A stretch of 63,924 bases of DNA, counting the filler, from Octopus bimaculoides (taxonomy: Eukaryota), in assembly GCF_001194135.2 (NCBI RefSeq). It is 7 parts of 7 records of this genome, joined end to end, with 100 filler letters (N's around TTAATTAATTAA, not from the genome) between each part and the next. Parts side by side here need not be neighbours in the genome. Positions count along the whole stretch, not along the records: positions 1 to 18,607 come from NC_068996.1; 6 more parts are not named here. One strand, given 5' to 3'. Made by a program: the position numbers and the translations under genes. The first letter of the stretch is position 1, and each line of letters starts with the position of its first letter. Under the pieces are notes generated by a model. The model did not search any database, was not told where the DNA came from, and saw nothing but the letters and a program-made list of their open reading frames with translations. Below, in pieces: positions 1 through 11,059 of the stretch.

Positions 1-326
1 GAAATGGAAAAATTTTCAAAATACAAAGACCTGGAAATAGAGGTAACTCGAATGTGGAATCTAAAAACAGAAAATTCCTATCATAGTAGGTGCCTTAGGT
101 ATAATAAAAAAATATTCAGACAAATACATAACAAAAACACCAGGACTTACAAATATATATAAGATACAGAAAATTGAACTACTGGGCACTGCACACATCC
201 TACGCAAAACACTTTCAATACAGTAACCATAAGAACATCACAGCAAACCACAGCACATACCCAAGGCGCACAGAGCTGCGCTCGGTAGTGAAGTGAAAAC
301 ACGTTATAAAAATAAAACTACTGAAC

Positions 327-330
<4 letters not shown>
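1..330 (+). mobile_element. 3' end of an RLE-endonuclease (R4/Dong-like) non-LTR retrotransposon
   Basis: Translates with one frameshift as EMEKFSKYKDLEIEVTRMWNLKTE/IPIIVGALGIIKKYSDKYITKTPGLTNIYKIQKIELLGTAHILRKTLSIQ*. This matches the K..KY.DL / GALG / GTAHILR C-terminus of RLE LINEs. It is followed by a 3' UTR and an (AAT)n tail. A second copy lies at 57318-57621. Confidence 0.8.

Positions 331-371
<41 letters not shown>
327..371. repeat. (AAT)n microsatellite (tail or target of the RLE element)
   Basis: Direct reading. Confidence 0.95.
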
Positions 372-372
<1 letters not shown>

Positions 373-902
373 GTTCCGAATTTTAGCACAAGAGTAACAA
401 TTTTAAGGGAGGGTTAATTGATTACATCCTAGTAATTGACTGGTAGTTATTTTGAGCTAAGCATTTTGTCCACACGATAACGGTTCTACTATTTCACTGG
501 CTTATGATAATGACAATAATAACAACAGCAACAGCAACATCAATAACAACGACTGATATTTATTTGTATGCAAACATTCGTTTAGATGCAATTAGTACTC
601 GTTTATTTTGCAGGAATATGCAAACATGAAAATAAACAAACAAACAAAAAAATATACCGCAAGTGAAAAATGTCAACTAGCTGAATCAATTTACGGTTCT
701 CATAGATGAGCTCGTTATCTTAAATATTCGGTAAATGTGTATAATATTTTATCTGTCGCTCATCAACTTGTGTCTCATTGTTTAACTAAATAGCTCTAAG
801 TGACGAATCTGGAAATGTAGAAAAGATAGAATCATTAGAGTTTTTTTGGACAATGTGTTTTGTAGTTTTTGTTTTGACTTTTTTCCATTCTGAGTAGATA
901 GA

Positions 903-1020
903 GACTCCGCCGATGTTAAAATTACTTTTCATCGATAAGATAAATCACAGGGCAAGTACTTGGGTCGATTCAGTTGATTAATCCCCGTCTCCCTAATTTC
1001 ATGACTCGTGCCCTTATTAA
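903..1020 (+). mobile_element. Degenerate SINE family A remnant
   Basis: ctccgccga...ttttcatc...gataa...gtacttgggtcgat...aatttcatgactcgtgcc resembles the body and tail of the intact copy at 5293-5510. Confidence 0.5.
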
Positions 1021-1219
1021 ATACAATCTCACAAGATTATCTAAGACTCGAATAGGACACTCATTCGAGTCTCATAAGCCATTCATTAAAAAAGCAATTT
1101 ATTAATTGAGAAACAAGAAGCCCCTCAAATAAGCACAACGTTCCTTTGTTTAGCCGTAGTTCTCAGTCCTGATGAAATAACCTTTAGGTCGAAACATTTG
1201 ATTCAAGCTGACACTACAC

Positions 1220-1618
1220 CGGTGCTCCGCAACCTTTTTTCGTTTGCAGTACATATATTCTTTTCAAAATTCTTTTCTACTCCAGGCACAAGGCCCGAAA
1301 TTTTGGCGGAGGGGGCCAGTCGATTAGATCGACCTCAATACGCAAGTGGTACTTAATTTATCGACCCCGAAAGGATGAAAGGCAAAGTCGACCTCTGCGG
1401 AATTTGAACTCAAAACGTAAAGACAGACTAAATACGCTAAGCATTTTGCCCGGCATGCTAAAGTTTCTGCCAGTCCGCCGCCTTATATTCTTTTCAAAAT
1501 TCTGCGGCACACCTGAACTAAAAATATAACTAAAAGTACAGGGAAAAAAATTACATTTAGGTTACACTGCGGCACACCTAACAGCAGTGTGTCGCAGCAT
1601 ACCGGCTACGAAGCACTA
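1220..1618. mobile_element. hAT (Buster/Charlie-like) MITE interrupted by a SINE
   Basis: Degenerate TIRs cggtgctccgcaacc / cggctacgaagcacta. Internal gcggcacac motifs. 8-bp TSD cactacac (1212-1219) / cactacat (1619-1626) with central TA. Confidence 0.75.
1274..1483 (-). mobile_element. SINE family A (tail type 1), full length
   Basis: Reverse complement of the 5293-5510 element. Flanked by a 20-bp direct repeat tatattcttttcaaaattct (1254-1273 and 1484-1503), interpreted as the TSD. Confidence 0.9.
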
Positions 1619-2297
1619 CACTACATTATCCAGTCCTTTTGAGAGGAACTGTTTACACATTATCCAATGTGACCTTAGTTTTATAGAAGGCAAAGTACGC
1701 TTTAAGTGGGATTTAGTAACTATTTCTAACTGGTTGAAATACCACGTAGACAGAGACTATTTCTCATTAACTTGCAAACACAAAGTAAACGGTATCTCGT
1801 AAAATGGGGAAAAAACAGGTACTCATTATATAAATTAAGTCAATTATGCGCGTTTCTTAATTAACAGTTTTAATAAATTTCTTTAACAAATTGTTAATGT
1901 AAAATGTTAAAGCATTTTTGATGTATTGTTTTCCTCATCGTTTCATTTCTGCATTTGTTTTATGTTTCAGGTGACACTGAAAGCTAATTAAGTGACAAGT
2001 TTTGTAAATAAATTTCACAAACTGTTGGATATAAAGCAAATTCTTTATTCAAACGCATAAATTTCGAAGGTAAAGCATTTATTATATTTTACTTTATAAA
2101 TTTATTTAGGCGCCATTTTGGAGTGCCGTTTACATAGACATTTACACTTTAGCGACCAGTCTAACCCTAACTCTTGCCCTAACCCGAATCCTAAACCTTA
2201 GCCCTAAATCAAAGTCAGATAATTTCACAACGTAGGCAATGGATATTGCGGTAGACAACATGCTGAAGTAACGCCTTTACTTGTATTAGTTTAAGAT

Positions 2298-2485
2298 TTC
2301 GGTCATACTGGGACGCCATGATCTTCAAGCGTTTAATTGTTTCTATCAAGACCAGTGTTTTGCCCGATACTTATTTTATCAAAGCACGAAAAGGAAAATA
2401 TATTAAGGTCGTCTGCAGCATAAAGGGACGTAACCATGTCGAGGCAAAAATACCTCAGGGTAATGTTGCTGTGGAACCGATTTTC
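2298..2485 (-). mobile_element. Degenerate SINE (family A-like body with family B-like tail)
   Basis: Minus strand reads ...gacgacctta...ttccttttcgtgctttgataaaataagtatc...ttgaagatcatggcgtcccagtatgacc. Confidence 0.45.
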
Positions 2486-2613
2486 CGTTTTACACACTCA
2501 CATTCTCACATTGACAAACACTCATGCACAGACACTGTCACACCCATACTTACATATACAAACATATATCTGTATATATATTCATGTATGTATGTAGATA
2601 TATTCTAAATATA

Positions 2614-2664
<51 letters not shown>

Positions 2665-2771
2665 TACACAATACATAATATATATATGTACATATATAGG
2701 ACATATATATACATACATAATATATAATGTATACATATATACACACACACGTAATATATGATATATACACA

Positions 2772-3500
2772 TACGAGGGGTGTTCATTAAAGATTTCCCC
2801 TGACCCACTTCCGGTTATTGCAGGAGACGGAACTTGTACAGGTATAATTATACATGTCTCTACATGTCACATTGCGAATTGTGGCTTTCCACTAATAACC
2901 GTTTTCTTCTTTTACGGCTGATGAAGTGGACTAAGATATTATTAATGGATGCAGTTGAATGAAGATCATTGATCAGATTCTTACATTTGAAAGGCCGTAC
3001 ACTAAAAGAGACTTTCGATGAGAGGAAAGCAGTTTATGGTGACGATGCACCATCATACGGTGTAGGCAAGCACTGGAATCGCCAGTTCAAATGTGGGCAG
3101 ACATTGCTGGAAACTGCTCATATTTCTGGACGACTACATTCTGCTTCTTATGACGACAACATCCATGAAGTAGAAGCCGCCATTTTGGAGAATCACCGCA
3201 TAACTATTCGGCAAGTAGCTCAGGAAATGAAGTGTAGGATCCGTGGAAAACACTCATTCACGATGGATTCCTGGGATGCTCAAACCTTTTCAGAAACAGG
3301 AACGAATCAATTGCCCCCAGGCTCTTTTGGCAATGTGCCAAGAAAACGAGGATTTTTAAGGCAGACTCATCATGCAGGATGAAGCATGGGTCCATGACTA
3401 TGATCTTGAGACAATGAAAGCATGATGACTCACCACCTCCAAAGAAGGCTCGTGTCCAGTCCTCAGCAGGCAAGTTGATGCTCACAGTCTTTTGGGATCA
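2772..3500 (+). mobile_element. Mariner transposon, 3'-truncated, decayed (irritans/Himar-like)
   Basis: TA plus cgaggggtgttc TIR start. Frameshifted transposase MDAVE..RSLIRFLHLKGRTLKETFDE..YGDDAPSY...GR...QDEAWVH..SPPPKKARVQSSAGKLMLTVFWD. Confidence 0.9.
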
Positions 3501-3988
3501 GTGCGGCTCGTACAACCTCGGCTCGTACAGTAAATTACTCGTACAACAGTACACTCGTACTGCGAGGTTCTACTTCATTAAATGTATGCATGTATGTATG
3601 TATGTATGTATGTATGTATGTATGTATGTATAACTTTTCCGATATGTAGTTCCATATTTTGTGTAGTACAGTAGGGGAGGCTCAAAGTACAAGTAAATAG
3701 ACTGAGTGTCACTTTATCGCTTTTATTATATATANNNNNNNNNNNNNNNNNNNNNNNNNNNNNNNNNNNNNNNNNNNNNNNNNNNNNNNNNNNNNNNNNN
3801 NNNNNNNNNNNNNNNNNNNNNNNNNNNNNNNNNNNNNNNNNNNNNNNNNNNNNNNNNNNNNNNNNNNNNNNNNNNNNNNNNNNNNNNNNNNNNNNNNNNN
3901 NNNNNNNNNNNNNNNNNNNNNNNNNNNNNNNNNNNNNNNNNNNNNNNNNNNNNNNNNNNNNNNNNNNNNNNNNNNNNNNNNNNNNNNN

Positions 3989-4050
<62 letters not shown>

Positions 4051-4235
4051 GTATATTGCAGCGTACAAGTAAACCAGGCATTATCTAAGTCTACGTCAAG
4101 AATTTTCTTTAAAACAGTCAGAGGTTAGACATATATGCCTGCTGTAATAGTCGATCATCAAACACAAAGTAGACAACTGGCAGGACAAAAACTTAAACCT
4201 CAATGCTGTACCTTATAAGTACAGTAATAATCCTC

Positions 4236-4268
<33 letters not shown>

Positions 4269-4272
<4 letters not shown>

Positions 4273-4340
4273 GAATTTACAAAAAACAAAAGACGAAGAC
4301 AGGTGTGTAAACAACAATCAGATGTATTAGTTTAACGCCG
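4269..4340. repeat. Dispersed repeat (partial copy of 28817-28962)
   Basis: gaatttacaaaaaacaaaagacgaagacaggtgtgtaaacaaca..gatgtattagtttaacgc is shared with 28817-28900. Confidence 0.85.
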
Positions 4341-5050
4341 TTATGTGTCATTAAACAGTCATTAGTTCCGTAGTGTATAATATGCGGTGCCGCTAATCAG
4401 TCACTGAAATCAGAATTATTTCAAACTGTACGTGAAACATGCAAGCTTGGTACATTAAGGGACATTAACTGTTATGGTAAATACAGTTATTATTATTTTT
4501 TGCTACACGCATTAAATACTAATGTGAATTCACAATCTATTGAGCTATCCTGAAATTGTACAATCTATTGTGCTATCATGACATGCAAGTTCTACTTATC
4601 TGACGATCCCGCTGAATTCAATATTGTTTCGCTCAGTGTTCGCAGTCAGCGTATGAGCTGTTAGAGACATCGTGTCCTGTTGTTATAACACTGAATTTCT
4701 ATTAATAATTTATTACCTTATATTTTTCCGCTGTTAAAACGTTTCAGATATTCACTAAACACGAGTTTTAGTTGCGAATATTTGTGGCGACAGTCTGCTT
4801 GAATTACGGTAAGTGATGTACAGCGAGAATATGGAGTACTGTTCCACTCGTTGGTCACTCTGTGGCGAAAGGTTCGCATTTCATGCTAAGACTATTAGTC
4901 GAACCATAGTTTCGGAAAGACTTTATCCAATATCTAGTTTCAAAAGTCGACTTGTACGCCGCAATTAACGATATGTGTGTGAGAGTGTGTGTGCATGTGT
5001 GTGTGCGTGCGGCGTGCGTGTGCGAGAGAGAGAGAGAAAGAGAACATAAA

Positions 5051-5086
<36 letters not shown>

Positions 5087-5129
5087 CATTATAATTATAT
5101 TATAATTATATTATAATTATATATATAAT

Positions 5130-5276
5130 TATAACAAAAGATTAGCTATAAGCCTCTCCACATGCTGGGAAATAGACGCCAAAAGACACTATTGCCACCT
5201 TAAAAACTCCGAGAATAACACAATGAACTAAACTTTTTCAGTGCGTGGAGAGGCTTATAGCCAATCCCTTGTTATA
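5130..5276. mobile_element. MITE (~147 bp) with ~32-bp TIRs
   Basis: tataacaaaagattagctataagcctctccac versus reverse complement tataacaagggattggctataagcctctccac (3 mismatches). TA at both ends. Confidence 0.85.
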
Positions 5277-5292
5277 GTTATGTATATAATTA

Positions 5293-5510
5293 AGGAGGCA
5301 AGCTAACAGAAACGTTAGCACGCCGGGCGAAATGCTTAGCGGCATTTCGTCTGTCTTTACGTTCTGAGTTCAAATTCCGCCGAGGTCGACTTTGCTTTTC
5401 ATCCTTTCGGAGTTGATAAATTAAGTTCCAGTTGCGTACTGGGATCAATGTAATCGACTGGCCCCCCTCCCCTAAAATTTCGGGCCTTGTGCCTGGAGTA
5501 GAAAAGAATT
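5293..5510 (+). mobile_element. SINE family A (tail type 1), full length
   Basis: tRNA-like head with gagttcaaattcc B-box. Central gctttcatcctttcgg..gataaattaagt segment resembles Nin/Deu-type conserved domains (tentative). 15-bp TSD ttatgtatataatta (5278-5292, 5509-5523). Confidence 0.9.
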
Positions 5511-5701
5511 ATGTATATAATTATAAAATATTTGTAAAATTTACCTATAAGGTTTTTATTTTACCGCTGACCACCTGNNNNNNNNNNNNNNNNNNNNNNN
5601 NNNNNNNNNNNNNNNNNNNNNNNNNNNNNNNNNNNNNNNNNNNNNNATATATATATATATATAAACACACACACACACACACACACTGAAATATCGATCA
5701 T

Positions 5702-6003
5702 GAAGGTGTGTAGCTTAGTGGTTAGGGGTATTCGACTCACGATCTTGAGGTCATGAGTTCGATTCTCGGCGGCGTGTTGTATCCTTGAGCAGGACACTTT
5801 ATTTCACGTTGCTCCAGTCCACTCAGCTGGCAAAAATGAGCTGTGTCTACACTTCAAAGAACCAGTCTTGTCACATTCTATGTCACGTTGAATCTCCCTG
5901 AACACAGCGTCAAGGGTATGCGTGTCTTCCACGTTAAATTCACGAGCAGGCTGTTCCGGATCAACTGTAACTCTCGACACTGTAACCGACGATGTGCCAG
6001 TAT
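5702..6003 (+). mobile_element. SINE family C (tRNA head, gttgtatccttgagcaggacactt body, tail type 4)
   Basis: A-box tagcttagtgg and B-box gagttcgattc. Tail shared with 21849-22146 and 49746-50105. Confidence 0.85.
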
Positions 6004-6142
6004 ATATATCTTGACCCAAACTGGTTCGGATAGGTCAACATGGAAATGAAAGTCTCAATCCCTTGAACAGGAAGTGCATTGTGACCAGCGCTGTATAACG
6101 GCATTTGATGGTCCCGTTGATACTGGAATAATGTGGTGTGGG

Positions 6143-6224
<82 letters not shown>

Positions 6225-6234
6225 NNNNNNNNNN

Positions 6235-6280
<46 letters not shown>

Positions 6281-6525
6281 GACAGAGAGAGACAGAGAGA
6301 GACAGAGAGAGACAGAGAGAGACAGAGAGAGACAGAGAGAGACAGAGAGATAGAGAGACAGAGAGAGAGAGGGAGGGTATATCAGTTCGCTTCGAGCCAA
6401 GCTGGTTGAAAGATTCTGAAAGAAGCTGAGCAGAAAATTATGCCCAGTTGCATATGCAACTGCCTATGCTCTATACAGTGAAAACACGTGTAGATCGCCG
6501 TAACCATAAAAATATACTGTTTGAC

Positions 6526-6757
6526 ATTGTAGTGGCTACAAAGTCACGTACCATGGGAGATATCAAGTATTCTTTATTAGCAATGAGGTAGGCAATCCAT
6601 TACAAATGTTCAAAGTGTTGGCCATGTAGCTTTAAACAAGTTTAAAAGGATTAGTTTGTGAGTAATATCGGCAGTTGTGAAAAGAGATTTTAGAAAAAAG
6701 AGAGTTTTGCAATTTTACATATCGCAAGATGGTGCGTGACTTTATGGCCACCCTGTA
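6526..6757. mobile_element. Tc1/mariner-type MITE
   Basis: Left gtggctacaaagtcacgtaccat matches the reverse complement of right atggtgcgtgactttatggccaccctg. The right end is followed by TA. Confidence 0.75.
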
Positions 6758-6759
6758 TA

Positions 6760-7480
6760 TAACCCGCACGTAATAATGATAACAGCACTGATGGCAGCCC
6801 CAACAACACCAGTGACAACAACATCCCCAGGCCCGGAGCCAACGAGAAACGCACCAGTAATGCGAACACAGCCAGCACCCAAGCCTGCAAATGCATCGAA
6901 CCAGCTACTGCGGCTTTTAAATGACGCTTGTATAACCATCGGTCATCCTTCAGGATCTCAGAAAGACGAGTCGTCACATCCCTGGTCTCCAAGATCAAGG
7001 ATCCCACACGATATCAAGTGGAAGATCTTAGAACGGCCGGGCCCCTATATCGACAGGAGCGAGCGCTGCAAGTTCTGCATAGTTGAACGAGCCAGAATAC
7101 TTAAAGACTCAATTAGACCTGGCTGGCTGAATACTCCCCAAGAAATATTCTCACAATACATTCATTTCAAGCGCTGCCTGCTGCAAAATTGGGATTCCCC
7201 ATTTGCTGATTAAGCTCATAAAACTCCTTACGATCTGTTAGTAGGCCAAGAGATAGATCCTTGTTCCCCAAATTGGCTGGTCTAGCGGGGATAACCCGTC
7301 CACACCAACGCCGGAACTTTAATTCCCTGATGACCTTTTGACCAATTGACCTTAACAACTTTCCATCTCCGAAAGATAGAGTTAAATTTGTTTTCGTATA
7401 GTTTGATGAGCTATCCACAAAGCTGCGGCTTTCGTGGATACGAAACCATTGGTCACTCTATGACCAGACTTTAACTTCAG
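6760..7480 (+). mobile_element. Penelope-like element 3' fragment (Asn-rich linker, GIY-YIG C-terminus, 3' repeat with hammerhead)
   Basis: AAFK*RLYNHRSSFRISERR..TSL, then IKWKILERPGPYIDRSERCKFCIVERARIL...LNTPQEIFSQYIHFK. This is the typical PLE endonuclease C-terminal pattern (IKW.IL..PY..C.LC..E..IL..LN..E). Confidence 0.85.
7395..7462 (+). ncRNA. Type I hammerhead ribozyme motif, copy 1 (C3-to-U variant)
   Basis: Stem I cgtatagt/actctatg. Core ttgatga (7403-7409). Stem II g-tatccac-aaagc(tgcg)gcttt-c-gtggata-c. GAAA (7442-7445). Stem III acc(att)ggt. GUC triplet at 7452-7454. Confidence 0.8.
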
Positions 7481-7486
7481 TGTTTT

Positions 7487-7570
<84 letters not shown>

Positions 7571-7689
7571 CACATACGTGCATTCATTCATGCACAGTAT
7601 CAATATCCGGAGACAATTTTTCTCTAATAAACTTATGCTTACTAGATACAGTGTGATGATGTGAATATATAAATGAAATACACTGATAC

Positions 7690-8005
7690 TGACTGAGTGA
7701 GAAACAATGTCTTGATAAGGATACTTAGTAGATATGATATCCCTGTGACTCAAACGACCAACTTGAGTCGGATTAGAATAAAGATAACCACTTAAATAAC
7801 CGGCATAACAAATACTGACGGTCCAACTAGCATTAGTTCGGTTCAATATAGTTTCTGCTTTCACATAAGCTCTTGAGAAAATCGGTCGACCAAAACCGAG
7901 GCTATGGTACAAGATATGAACATACTTGCCTAAAGTTGTCCACGTTGTAGAATCGAACCCGAGAGTTCGTGGCTGCTAATCGAGCGTCTTAATCGTACAG
8001 CCATG
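7690..8005 (-). mobile_element. Degenerate SINE family B-like element
   Basis: Minus strand head catggctgtacgattaagacgctcg...gggttcgattc...cttta ggcaagt...tagcctcggttttggtcgacc. Confidence 0.6.
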
Positions 8006-8287
8006 TTTGTACCCTCAAGTACTCAAGATCTATCATATCAACAATTATGTTACATTCTTGGTAATTTCCTGTGCTTGCAATACAATATTAACACAAACGT
8101 TTTCTGTTAAGGTTATTTCTTTTATTAGTTTCTTCTTTCTTTCTTTCTTTATTTATTTATCTATTTATATTTTCCTAGAGCAGTAAATATCAGACTTAAC
8201 ATTAATTATTAATATGTAGTAGATATGAACAGTTATTACTGGTTTCCATTAGGGCAGATAGAAAGAAGAATAGACGAATAAGCTGTC

Positions 8288-8564
<277 letters not shown>

Positions 8565-9063
8565 TTAACAGAATCAGCTAGTCGCAGTAGTATCACTTGC
8601 TGACTCTATCTGAGAATAACGTTAGGATACATGTCTGTGGAATACTCACTCACTTCACACATTCAATGAGTAGATTGATCGAACAACTGTCGAAAATCGA
8701 AAATCGAAATCGGGATGCGAAGCCAATATATATTTGTTTGTTTTTTATGTGAAACGAGTACGAACCACGCGTGAATTAAAAAATGGTGACGAGTAAAAAA
8801 ATTTGTAAATAGAAAGATCGAGATCCTTCCTAGGATCTCTTCAGTTTGGCTCACAGATTTTTTTAATTATTTTTTTTTTAACTAAACAATTTGAAATTTC
8901 GTATACTGGTGTAATTTCTCACGCTGAACACGGTTTACTTTCAACATTTTTAACAAAATTTCGTATTTTAGAAGTTATTTCGGATCTCTTCAGTTTAGCT
9001 TACACTATGTTGAATTATTGAAGAGTCATACATTAGGACTAGTACGAGTGGAATCGAACCCAA

Positions 9064-9159
<96 letters not shown>

Positions 9160-9309
9160 CTCGCGCGCGTGCGTGAAGTCGGTTTGCCTAGGGATTCAAA
9201 TATCGGGCTCGCGTTTCTGTTGTGGCTTTGGTATCTGTACCAGACAGCGAGGTGTGTCCCGGAGCAAGGCACTTCTGCTTCATGTTGTTCCTCTAGGATA
9301 AAGAACAGA

Positions 9310-9535
9310 GCTCCTTTCCGAGTCATAGACTTATAAGGGCCGGATTTTTGTTTTCCCGATGTATATATGCCCCACCTGGGTAGGACGCTGATCTGTCGCA
9401 GGATTACTCATTTTTGCCAGCTAAATGGACTAAAGTAACATGGAATGAAGGGTTTTGCTCAAGAACACAACACACCACCTGGTCCAGGAAACTAAACCAC
9501 AATCTTACGATCATGTGTTCAATACACTTACCACT
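9310..9535 (-). mobile_element. SINE family C variant
   Basis: Minus strand tagtggtaagtgtattgaacacatgatcgtaagattgtggtttagtttcctggacc...gttgtgttcttgagcaaaaccc...gctggcaaaaatgagt. Confidence 0.75.
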
Positions 9536-9660
9536 ATATATATACAGGGTACAGTGAATATATTGTCGTCTAAATTACTGAGTGAAAATGTGAGAAAAAG
9601 AGAAGGCGACAGAGAGGAAAGTTTGAGGGGGATCCTGAGCAAATTTCAAGTTCGTATTTT

Positions 9661-10020
9661 GGAGTGTCTGTGTGGTAAGTAGCTTGCTTACCAACCACAT
9701 GGTTCCGGGTTCAGTCCCACAGCGTGGCAACTTGGGAAAGTATCTTCTGCTATAGCCTCGGGCCGACAAAAAGGCTTGTGAGTGAATTTGGTAGACGGAA
9801 ATTGAAAGAAGCCTATCATGTGTGTGTCTGCGTTTATAACCCCCCCCCCACCATCGCTTGACAACCGGTGTCGGTGTGTTTATGTCCCCGTAACATTAGC
9901 GGTTCGGCCAAAGTGACCGATAGAATAAGTACTAGGCTTACAAAGAATAAGTCCTGGTGTCGATTTGCTCGACTAAGGGTGGTGCTCCAGCATGGCCGCA
10001 GTCAAATGACTGACACAAAT
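9661..10020 (+). mobile_element. SINE family B, near full length
   Basis: gtgtggtaagtagcttgcttaccaaccacatggttccgggttcagtccc ... ggtgctccagcatggccgcagtcaaatgactga. Confidence 0.92.
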
Positions 10021-10440
10021 ACTAATAACAAATATATAACTACAAAACGTTCTGTTTTATTTTTCAAAACTCCCTAGCAAAGCAAATATTTAGGATCAAA
10101 TTCCTGCATTATTTCGCTCGTCTCATTTTTTATTTGAGTTTTTTTTCTCATTCTTTTTTTTATGTTTTTTTTTCTTTAACTTTTGCGGTTTTCCCTTTTT
10201 TTTTTATTCTTTCATTTCTGCCTCTCTTTCTTTATTTACTAAATTCTGCTTTGTTCGTTCAATCAATTTCCACGACATGTAGCCATAACATGTGGCTATC
10301 AATTTTCTTTGCTTTAGTAAAAAAAAGAAGAAAATGATGATGATGATGATGATGATGATATTGATAGTGGTGGTGGTGGTGGTGGTTTTGATGGCAGTGT
10401 TTCCGATGAGATTGATGCTAATGATGGCCAATACCATCAT

Positions 10441-10476
<36 letters not shown>

Positions 10477-10682
10477 GATCATCATCATCATCATGGCACT
10501 TGTGATGCCGAGTGTTGATTGATATCATTGTGTAAAAAAAGAATAAAGAGATCATATTCTCTGTTTTCCTAACCGTGGGTAATAAGTTTCTTTGATTTTT
10601 TTTAATTACAATTACAGATTTTTCAGTTTAGAAATTTTTTTATTTATTTAGTTCTTAAGATTAAATTTTTTTTTATAAATAA

Positions 10683-11056
10683 GGCGTAGGCGCGGCTGTG
10701 TGGTAAGAAGCTTGCTTCCCAATCACATGGTTCCGGGTTCAGTCCCACTGGGCAAGTGTCTTTTACTATAGCCTCAGGCCGACCAAAGCCTTGTGAGTGG
10801 ATTTGGTAGGAGGAAACTGAATATATATATATGTGTGTGGGTGTGTGTATATGTGTGGTGTGTGTGTATCCCTCACCATCGCTTGACAACCGGTGTCGGT
10901 GTGTTTATGTCCTCGTATCTTAGCAGTTCGACAAAAGAGACCGATAGAATAAGTATTAGGCTAACAATGAATAAGTCCTTGTGTCGATTTGTTCGACTAA
11001 AGGCGGTGCTCCAGCATGTCCACAGTTGAATGACTGAACCAAGTAAAAGAATAAAA
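10683..11056 (+). mobile_element. SINE family B, full length
   Basis: Same head, internal microsatellite, body and gtaaaagaataaaag tail as the other copies. Confidence 0.92.
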
Positions 11057-11059
11057 GAA

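Noticed and set aside
4068-4230. FFKTVRG and VDNWQ peptides resembling the first repeat of the host protein
   Set aside because: The donor is weak (gttaga), the two motifs are in different frames with a stop between, and expected conserved residues are missing. It cannot be supported without RNA data.
6776-7213. 145-aa ORF as a cellular gene
   Set aside because: It is a frameshift chimera of a PLE linker read out of frame and the GIY-YIG C-terminus.
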